A stretch of 58,828 bases of DNA from an uncultured Candidatus Saccharibacteria bacterium. Lineage in GTDB: Bacteria; Patescibacteriota; Minisyncoccia; Phycocordibacterales; JAKAEA01. The stretch is taken from the NCBI GenBank assembly GCA_964532205.1, contig CAZHGQ010000002.1, positions 1 to 58,828 on the forward strand. Reading direction: 5' to 3'. Both the position numbers and the translations under genes were made by a program. Every line of letters begins with the position of its first letter. Position 1 is the stretch's first letter. This document shows, piece after piece, positions 17,846-25,371 of the stretch. Below the pieces are notes generated by a model, which was given only the letters and a program-made list of their open reading frames with translations, did not search any database and was not told where the DNA came from.

Positions 17846-20218
17846 CTAGTTGTTCTTTTTTACTACCACATGCCCAACAATTCCCATAAGCGTGAGTAGG
17901 GAAATCATGCCGCCAATCCAAACACTGCGACTATTTTTAAACTCAAGTGAAATTGTTGATGTGGATGTGCGGATCAGGGTCATGGCCGGACTTGCCATGT
18001 AAACATCACCACCATATTTGTCGTGCCACCACGGGAAATATGAATTTTTTAAATATACATACGTTGGTGTACCATCATTTCCGACGCCTATCCTAATCTC
18101 GGTATTATTTTGAACTTGTATCTGTGCGGTAGATGTAGCAGTGCGTACGCTTTGGACATCAAGAACACGCATTAAAATACCTATATCTTGACGTACATTG
18201 CCGGTGCGATCAATTGAAAATATGTGTAGTCGTTTATCGGTGGAACGCTGCTGCATTAAAAGCTGGTACAAACGATCGTCGCTTTTCAATAAAATAATAT
18301 TTTTCGTTTGAGCTGCAGCAATGAGTCTTTTATATGCGGTCTGAATATTGCCGTATGAATAGTGGGTGATAAATATTGAGTTAAAATTTTCAATATCGGT
18401 ACTGCTATCGAGATGTTGATCGTTGGCGCGAACTAATACATTTTTGAAATTCGTCCAGAAAAACCATTCCTCATTCAGACGTAGCCAGTCATAGGCAGTG
18501 GGTCCGCCATAAGGTCGATCAGATGTTTTTAGTTCACTAAATACGAGTGTTGGCTCGATGGGCAGGGTCTCAACAAGGTGGGTCGGACGAATGTCTTCGT
18601 ATACGCGCCAGTTACCATATTGATTAAGGGGTTTGATGTATTCAGGCAAACGGGTATCAAATGTTTTCTGGCGTTGTGGCGAGCGAAGTAGGAAATATTT
18701 GATTCCAAAGAGTCGGGCACGCTCTAAATGCGCAGTCATATTCTGTAAGTAAAATTCCTGACTGTTGCTACTGGTATTGCCTATGTCATCACATAGCGAG
18801 CAAATCACGCCATAGGATTCGTGATTATACGAGAAAATGTTGCGTAAAGGTTGAATAAAGGGAGACTGAATGCTGGATTCACGGAAAATGTTCCAGATCG
18901 TTTGATGGGTACCGCTATTACCCAGTAATGCTGCAATAATAAAATGGGTCGGCTGTTTGTAATCACTCAGTTGAGAGTATCGGGGATCGACGTCTCGCCA
19001 GGCTTCTACAACTGATCGGCCGTCGGTATTTTTCGATACATCTGATATCATCTGTTTGATCTGAGAATCAATACTGTACATGCCAGCTAAGTGGTAGTGA
19101 GCTGGCGTAATCCAAAACACAAAAGGTAGAACCAGAATGATGATGCCAGCAATACGAAATTTTCCCGAGAGTTTTAATCGTTGAATAAGTTCAGTAATGC
19201 CTATAGGAGCAAGTATAAAAAACAATAAGTAACTGGCTGAAAGGATGCGGAACGGTTGGAGTGGCAAACCAGGAATGATTTTATTTAATGGCAAGACTGC
19301 GACTAAAAATAGGGCGTACGAACTTATGCTTAATCCCAACAACACCGGATGTCGACGTTTTGTGATTAGCACATAACCAGTTAACAGAAGTGCAGCACCT
19401 TGGCTGGTTAGAGCCACGAACAAGGGGACCGGGGCCTGGGTTTTGGAAAGAAAATATGACGATGTTTCAAGTAGGGGTAAAAGCCAAATTCCCGACAAAC
19501 AAAAAGCTAGAAGCAGATAGATAGAATATTTTTTTAAAACTCGCCAATCTTTTGAAATGTACCAGTCGCTTAAAACAAAGCAGGTAAAAACAATGCCCGC
19601 AACTTCAGCCATATGGACATTAGATATAAATACTAGACCCAATAAAATTGCTGATAACCAGAAACGGCGTGAATTATGTGTGCCAATAAAGCAGAGAAGC
19701 CAGATTAAAAATACAATGGCCGCGAATAACTGGCTGTATAAACCGTTTTCAAATGTTCCACCCATCGAAATACCTAATAGACCACCGAAATCTGCTTTAT
19801 CGGCCAAAAAGAGAATCGCAAAAAAACCCGCCAATGCCGCTAACCAGGAATCAAAACCGAGTTTTTTATATACAAACCAAATTAACCAAGGAAATGACAG
19901 TGTCAGGACGATAAAAAATATTTTAAATACAACATCAAAGTCTACTGGTACTGTGTGAGCAATTGTGGCCAATGAATAGCTTAAAAGGGGTGAATAACCT
20001 AAAGGCCAAGGCATACCGGTATACCACGTACCAACCCAGCCGTAAACAGCTGGGAAAATATGCTGGTTGTAGTAATTATTTATGGCGTAATGACTAATGC
20101 CATCGGTACCACTTATTAGTGAATTGGTGAAAAAACGCCAGAGGTATGGTCCAAGATAAATAATCGAAGTTATGACAACAAAAAATACGGCTAAAAACTG
20201 TTGAAAACTCTTATTCAT
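17846..20218 (-). CDS. Polytopic membrane protein, paralog A (GT-C-like layout; family unassigned)
   Basis: 790 aa: about 11-13 TM helices, a ~350-aa soluble domain and a terminal TM. It has an early loop motif TDGISHY and FPAVYGWVGTWYTGMPWPLGYSPL. It is collinear with ORF 25358-27742. Confidence 0.55.
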   Translation of the reverse strand: MNKSFQQFLAVFFVVITSIIYLGPYLWRFFTNSLISGTDGISHYAINNYYNQHIFPAVYGWVGTWYTGMPWPLGYSPLLSYSLATIAHTVPVDFDVVFKIFFIVLTLSFPWLIWFVYKKLGFDSWLAALAGFFAILFLADKADFGGLLGISMGGTFENGLYSQLFAAIVFLIWLLCFIGTHNSRRFWLSAILLGLVFISNVHMAEVAGIVFTCFVLSDWYISKDWRVLKKYSIYLLLAFCLSGIWLLPLLETSSYFLSKTQAPVPLFVALTSQGAALLLTGYVLITKRRHPVLLGLSISSYALFLVAVLPLNKIIPGLPLQPFRILSASYLLFFILAPIGITELIQRLKLSGKFRIAGIIILVLPFVFWITPAHYHLAGMYSIDSQIKQMISDVSKNTDGRSVVEAWRDVDPRYSQLSDYKQPTHFIIAALLGNSGTHQTIWNIFRESSIQSPFIQPLRNIFSYNHESYGVICSLCDDIGNTSSNSQEFYLQNMTAHLERARLFGIKYFLLRSPQRQKTFDTRLPEYIKPLNQYGNWRVYEDIRPTHLVETLPIEPTLVFSELKTSDRPYGGPTAYDWLRLNEEWFFWTNFKNVLVRANDQHLDSSTDIENFNSIFITHYSYGNIQTAYKRLIAAAQTKNIILLKSDDRLYQLLMQQRSTDKRLHIFSIDRTGNVRQDIGILMRVLDVQSVRTATSTAQIQVQNNTEIRIGVGNDGTPTYVYLKNSYFPWWHDKYGGDVYMASPAMTLIRTSTSTISLEFKNSRSVWIGGMISLLTLMGIVGHVVVKKNN

Positions 20219-20243
20219 ATTGAGGTGCAGTTATTATATACTG

Positions 20244-20249
20244 TATACT
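20244..20249 (+). promoter_or_regulatory. -10 box TATACT 6 nt upstream of ATG 20256
   Basis: Tandem TATACT boxes are present; the second ends 6 nt before the ATG. Confidence 0.4.
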
Positions 20250-20255
20250 GTACAC

Positions 20256-20399
20256 ATGGAATGGCGAAAAATATCCAGACCCCTGTTAGTTTTGTTGTGT
20301 ATTTCGCTTGTTTTTTTCTTATTATTCTACGTGGCTAAAAACACCACCAGTCCTGAGCCAATAAATACAGTAATTGGCGCCACATCGACGTCTCAATAG
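20256..20399 (+). CDS. 47-aa single-TM small protein directly upstream of the NHL giant
   Basis: MEWRKISRPLLVLLCISLVFFLLFYVAKNTTSPEPINTVIGATSTSQ. Its stop lies 1 nt before ATG 20401. Confidence 0.3.
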   Translation: MEWRKISRPLLVLLCISLVFFLLFYVAKNTTSPEPINTVIGATSTSQ

Positions 20400-20400
20400 C

Positions 20401-23400
20401 ATGTTTTCTCAAATAAAAACCAAGACTCTTCTCTACATTCTGTTTCTAAGTTCAAGTATTGTTGTGTTGCCATCACTTATTACTTTTGCAACTAATACAT
20501 TTAATTTGGGTTGGGGCGGTGGAGGTGATTATTACATGAATGCTCCGAGCGGTATTGCTGTAAATAGTGATGGAGACGTGTTCGTGGTGGAAAAAAGTAA
20601 TCACCGAGTTAAGAAATTTAACGCAGACGGTACCTTCGTTGTGTCATCGGGTATACCTTATTCAGGTTCTGATAACGGTAAATTTGATAATCCTGAAGGC
20701 GCTGTTGTTGATGCTTCAGGAAATGTTTATGTTGTGGATGAAGTCAATAACCGGGTACAAAAACTTAATTCAAATTTAACCTATGTGTCTAAATTCGGAA
20801 CGACAGGTTCAGGCAATGGTCAGCTTAGTTCACCACGCGGAATCGCTATTGATATAAATGGCAACATTTACGTCACAGAACATGGTAATGGGCGAGTTCA
20901 AAAGTTTGATTCTTCGGGCAATTACGTAGCAAAATGGGGTAATTTTGGTAGTGTGCGTGGCGTTGCAGTTGATTCTGATTTAAATGTATATGTAGCAGAC
21001 GCTGGAATGTATAGAGTTCAGAAGTTTGACTCAGGCGGTAATTTGATAGCGACAATTGGTGGAACTGAAGGTTCTGCTGAAAATCAATTTGATCGACCTT
21101 GGGGTGTGGCAATTGACCCGACAAATAACCATGTGTATGTTGCAGACTTTGGTAGAAACAGAATACAACACTTTGATTCATCAGGTGCGTTTGTTGATAT
21201 GTTTGGTTGGGGTGTGGATGATGGATCAAATTCATTTCAAACGTGTACGAGTGGCTGTCAGGCTGGTACCTCTGGCTCAGGAGATGGTCAATTAGCTAGC
21301 CCCGCTTATTTGGCTTTTAGTCAGGATGGTGCCGTGCTGTATGTAACAAATCAAGATGTTAATCGGGTTCAAAGTTTTGTGATTCATCCGGCAGCGCCAA
21401 GCGTTAAAACAAGTAATGCCACTAATCTCGGATATACAACAGCTACGCTCAATGGGCGTATTCTTTCAACCCGGGGTGCTGATGCTACGGTCCGTGGATT
21501 TCAGTGGGGCCCAACTACTGCCTATGGTGCCACGACAACTGAAACTGGAACTCTTTCTGCAGGAAGCTTTAATTCAACTATCGATGGTTTGACGCGTGGA
21601 AATACCTATCATTTCCGCGCATATGCCACAAATATGTATGGTACAACTTATGGTAGTGATAAAACATTTGTGGCTGACTTCTTGTTTAAATTCAGTTCCC
21701 AGTGGGGTAATCTTGGTGGTGGCGCATCTGATTTTGGTATTGATAATGCAGGCGGTATCTATACCACAGATAGTAATACGTATCGCATTCGAAAGTTTTT
21801 CAATGAAGCACTTGTCTCACAGACGCCGGCAATGAGTTCAATTGTTCCGGGTCTTGGTGTGGATGGTGATGGTAATCAATATGTACCAGAAGTGGCATCT
21901 TATCGTGTAACAAAATTTGATTCGAACAGTAATTTCGTTATGACGTTTGGCTGGGGAGTTCAGGACGGTTCTTCAGAGTTTCAAGTTTGCACTTCGGGTT
22001 TTGCAACTTGTGCCCAGGGATCGATGGGTTCAGGAGATGGACAGTTTTTCCGTGCCCAGGACGTGGCAGTGGATTCGGTAGGAAATATTTATGTACTTGA
22101 TCAGGTGGAAGGTAGGGTTCAAAAGTTTGGACCTGACGGTTCTTATATTACAAAGTGGGGTTCAAGTGGTTCTGGTGACAATCAGCTTGATATACCGATG
22201 AGTATAACAATTGATCCGTCAGACAATGTGTATATTCTTGAGGTAGGTGGTCCATATCGTGTCAAGAAATATTCTTCCGATGGAACTTTTTTATTGAAGT
22301 GGGGTTCATCAGGTACTGCTGAGAGTCAATTTATGCAACCAAGAGGAGTTAATGCAGGTCTAGACGGCAATATATATGTGGCAGACTCGGAGAACTCTCG
22401 GGTTCAGCAATTTAGTCCTACTGGTGCATTTATAGCAATGTTTGGCTGGGGTGTTGACGATGGTTCCTCAGAGTTTCAGGTCTGTACCTCGGGCTGCCAG
22501 ATAGGTATACCGGCTTCAACAGGTTATGGGCAGTTTAATTCACCTCGCGCTATACAGACAGATAGTAACGGACGAGTCAAGGTTTTGGATTCACAACCAA
22601 TACAAACCTTCCTGACGAGACCACTTGGACCAGAAGTGGTTACGCTGAGTCCAACTCTTATCACTACAAACTCCGTAACCCTCAATGGAAATGTGGTGAT
22701 CTCAGACGGTGAACCGGCTACTGAATGGGGTTTTCGTTGGGGTACAACCACTGCTTACGGAGCAACAACGACCATTCCCGGTAGTATTACGAGTGGTCTT
22801 TTCAGTACTTCAATTGATGGTTTGGTTGCTGGAAGACGATACCACTACCAAGCATATGCTAAAAATAGCTATGGTTTAGGTTATGCTACTGACACTCCGT
22901 TTGCCGCCACGTTCATTGCCAATGGTAACCCTTATGTTTCAGTGACGGGTTATGGTACACAGCAACCAGCAAGTGGTTTCTTCGGTAGTATCAACGCTTT
23001 GGCTATTGATTCTCATGATAATTTATTTGTGGCAGATGGTGGTAACTATCGAGTCTCGAAGTTCGACTCAGCTGGCAACACCCTGACTTCTTGGGGTAGT
23101 TTTGGTATTGAGATCACAAACTCTTTCCGTGCTCTCTATAATGTTGCACTCGATAGTAATGATAATGTGTATATTGCTGATGGTGACATATACCGACTTC
23201 TTAAATATGATTCATCAGGACATTACCTCAATTCTTCGGAAATGTATATTGGTCAAGCTGAGGGTCAAGTCGGGCGCAAGGATCTCGGACTAGCAATTGG
23301 GTCATCAGACGCACTATACGTAGCGGATATGTACAATTATCGAATTCAGAAGTTTGATTCGACGTTAGCTTTTCAGAGAACCTGGGGATATGGTGTATCT

Positions 23401-25371
23401 AATGGTTCGAATGCATTTCAGATATGTATGAGTAGTTGTCAGGCGGGCACGATTGGCTCCAACGACGGACAGTTTGAGGATGAAAATATTGATATTGCTG
23501 CTGATAAGAATAGTGGCCAAGTTTACTCAATCGACCGCAAGACGCCGCGAATTCAAGCTTTTGATTCGAATGGTAACTTTCTTTTCAAATGGGGTAGTCA
23601 AGGCTCTGGAGAGGGTCAGTTTTCAAGTCCTGCAGGTGTGGCAGTTGATAATAATGGTTTTGTATATGTTACAGATAGGAATAATTATCGTGTTCAGAAA
23701 TTTAATTCATCGGGTACATATGTAAGTTCACCTGTTAGTGTAACTTCAGGAAGTGGTCCAGGACAATCTAAGGCCTTAGACTCAATTGCGATTGATTCTT
23801 CTGGTAACATTTATATTTCAGATGCCACAAATCGAACAGTCCAAAAGTTTTCATCATCCGGTAGTTATTTGGGTCGGCTCTTGGGTATCAATCCAGTTGG
23901 TAATGGTCAATTTAGATCTCTCTCGGATATGGTTCAAGATTCTTCTGGAAATGTATATGCTACCGATCCTGGTAATGGTCTGATCCAGAAATTTGATGCT
24001 AATGGTCGTTTTATTAAGCAATGGGGTGTTTCGCTTTCAGGTAATGGTGGGGGTAGCGGAGGAGGTGGTAGCGGTGGCGGATCTGGTAATGTGTCATCAA
24101 ACCTCACGTCCATTGCAATTGGTCCAAATAATCGTTTGTACGTTGTTGATATTGATCAAAACTCAGTTGATATCTTTGACACAGACGGCAACCTGATCAC
24201 TGTCTTTGGTGGAACAGGTACAAGTGATGGTCAATTTACCATACCTGACGGTATTGATGTTGATAACTCGGGTAATGTCTATGTTGCTGATAAATTGGGT
24301 TATAGAATCCAGAAATTTGATGCAGCCGGCAATTTTATCACTAAGTGGGGAACATGGGGACGGGACGAAGGATATCTGTCTAATCCAGCTGGTGTGGCGG
24401 TGGCACCAAACAATAATATTTATGTTGTAGATCAGGATAATGATCGGGTATCGGTTTTCACCAATACAGGCAGTTTTGTTAAAACTTTTGGTTCGTCACA
24501 GTATGCTCAGGATTCTTTAGCAAATGGTGAATTTAATTTGCCAACAGATATATATATTGATGATGGTGGTAATGTCTACGTTGTTGATCAAGATGGAAAT
24601 CGAATCCAGAAGTTTGATCTGGACGGTAATTTTATTGCTCGCTGGGGCACAAATGGTACTGAACTTGGTCAGTTTTCTTATCCGTCAGGTATTGCGGGTA
24701 ATGGTACAAACCTAGTTCATGTTGCAGATACAGGTAATAATCGTATCCAAACCTTTACAATGTACAATGTTACACCATCAACTCCTCCACCTCAATCCGG
24801 CGGTAGTTCAGGTTGGGTCAGCGTGAATGTGCCTGAATTTGCACAGGCACAGAAACCAGCAACACTGTTTACTCGTGATTTATCAATACGTATGAGTGGC
24901 GCGGATGTGCTTACGTTGCAGAAATTCTTAAATAACCACGGATTTGTCCTGGCAAAATCTGGGGTTGGTTCACCGGGTAAAGAAACGACCACTTTTGGTA
25001 CCCTGACTCAACAGGCTCTGATCAAATTCCAGAAGAAGTATAACCTTAAACAGACGGGTGTACTGAATGATCAAACCAAGGCTGTCATTGAACTTATGGG
25101 GTTAAATGTGTCTCCTGTGCCGGTTTCGGCCTTGAAATTTGATCGTGATCTACAGTTACATGATGAAGGAAATGACGTCTTGGCGCTGCAAAAGTATTTG
25201 AATAGTCATGGTTATGTAGTATCAGAAACTGGCTCAGGTTCACTAGGTAATGAAACAACAACATTCGGTGTGAAAACTAAAGAGGCACTTAAAAAATACC
25301 AAAAAGATCGTGGTATCCCACAAACAGGGGTGTTAGGACCACTGACACGCAAAGCACTCACCACTCAGTAG
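20401..25371 (+). CDS. Giant secreted NHL-repeat beta-propeller protein with two Fn3-like inserts and two C-terminal peptidoglycan-binding (PG_binding_1-like) domains
   Basis: It has an N-terminal signal/anchor. I count about 24 blades of the type (V/I)YV(A/V)D-x3-(N/Y)R(V/I)QKFD-x-(S/D)G. Fn3-like segments lie at approx 21388-21675 and 22621-22910. A GGS linker lies at 24040-24090. Two repeats of the type LxxGxxGxDVxxLQKxLN ... TTFGxxTxxALxKxQ span 24866-25365. The start is ATG 20401, after the small ORF. Confidence 0.85.
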   Translation: MFSQIKTKTLLYILFLSSSIVVLPSLITFATNTFNLGWGGGGDYYMNAPSGIAVNSDGDVFVVEKSNHRVKKFNADGTFVVSSGIPYSGSDNGKFDNPEGAVVDASGNVYVVDEVNNRVQKLNSNLTYVSKFGTTGSGNGQLSSPRGIAIDINGNIYVTEHGNGRVQKFDSSGNYVAKWGNFGSVRGVAVDSDLNVYVADAGMYRVQKFDSGGNLIATIGGTEGSAENQFDRPWGVAIDPTNNHVYVADFGRNRIQHFDSSGAFVDMFGWGVDDGSNSFQTCTSGCQAGTSGSGDGQLASPAYLAFSQDGAVLYVTNQDVNRVQSFVIHPAAPSVKTSNATNLGYTTATLNGRILSTRGADATVRGFQWGPTTAYGATTTETGTLSAGSFNSTIDGLTRGNTYHFRAYATNMYGTTYGSDKTFVADFLFKFSSQWGNLGGGASDFGIDNAGGIYTTDSNTYRIRKFFNEALVSQTPAMSSIVPGLGVDGDGNQYVPEVASYRVTKFDSNSNFVMTFGWGVQDGSSEFQVCTSGFATCAQGSMGSGDGQFFRAQDVAVDSVGNIYVLDQVEGRVQKFGPDGSYITKWGSSGSGDNQLDIPMSITIDPSDNVYILEVGGPYRVKKYSSDGTFLLKWGSSGTAESQFMQPRGVNAGLDGNIYVADSENSRVQQFSPTGAFIAMFGWGVDDGSSEFQVCTSGCQIGIPASTGYGQFNSPRAIQTDSNGRVKVLDSQPIQTFLTRPLGPEVVTLSPTLITTNSVTLNGNVVISDGEPATEWGFRWGTTTAYGATTTIPGSITSGLFSTSIDGLVAGRRYHYQAYAKNSYGLGYATDTPFAATFIANGNPYVSVTGYGTQQPASGFFGSINALAIDSHDNLFVADGGNYRVSKFDSAGNTLTSWGSFGIEITNSFRALYNVALDSNDNVYIADGDIYRLLKYDSSGHYLNSSEMYIGQAEGQVGRKDLGLAIGSSDALYVADMYNYRIQKFDSTLAFQRTWGYGVSNGSNAFQICMSSCQAGTIGSNDGQFEDENIDIAADKNSGQVYSIDRKTPRIQAFDSNGNFLFKWGSQGSGEGQFSSPAGVAVDNNGFVYVTDRNNYRVQKFNSSGTYVSSPVSVTSGSGPGQSKALDSIAIDSSGNIYISDATNRTVQKFSSSGSYLGRLLGINPVGNGQFRSLSDMVQDSSGNVYATDPGNGLIQKFDANGRFIKQWGVSLSGNGGGSGGGGSGGGSGNVSSNLTSIAIGPNNRLYVVDIDQNSVDIFDTDGNLITVFGGTGTSDGQFTIPDGIDVDNSGNVYVADKLGYRIQKFDAAGNFITKWGTWGRDEGYLSNPAGVAVAPNNNIYVVDQDNDRVSVFTNTGSFVKTFGSSQYAQDSLANGEFNLPTDIYIDDGGNVYVVDQDGNRIQKFDLDGNFIARWGTNGTELGQFSYPSGIAGNGTNLVHVADTGNNRIQTFTMYNVTPSTPPPQSGGSSGWVSVNVPEFAQAQKPATLFTRDLSIRMSGADVLTLQKFLNNHGFVLAKSGVGSPGKETTTFGTLTQQALIKFQKKYNLKQTGVLNDQTKAVIELMGLNVSPVPVSALKFDRDLQLHDEGNDVLALQKYLNSHGYVVSETGSGSLGNETTTFGVKTKEALKKYQKDRGIPQTGVLGPLTRKALTTQ

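Noticed and set aside
20374-20400. ORF-track N-terminal extensions. These begin at 4334, 6058, 15969, 20374, 27757, 29293, 29866, 36123, 37490, 40739, 41382, 41688, 42704, 48753 and 56379.
   Set aside because: Each extension overlaps an upstream gene, a terminator hairpin or the -10 box itself, and many start at non-ATG codons. The internal ATG gives the conserved N-terminus in every case.
24040-24090. GGN-rich tracts (here and at 15969-16030) considered as slippage-prone phase-variation sites.
   Set aside because: The tracts are interrupted codon mixtures (GGT/GGC/GGA/GGG/AGC), not homopolymers or perfect short tandem repeats, so slipped-strand switching is unlikely.
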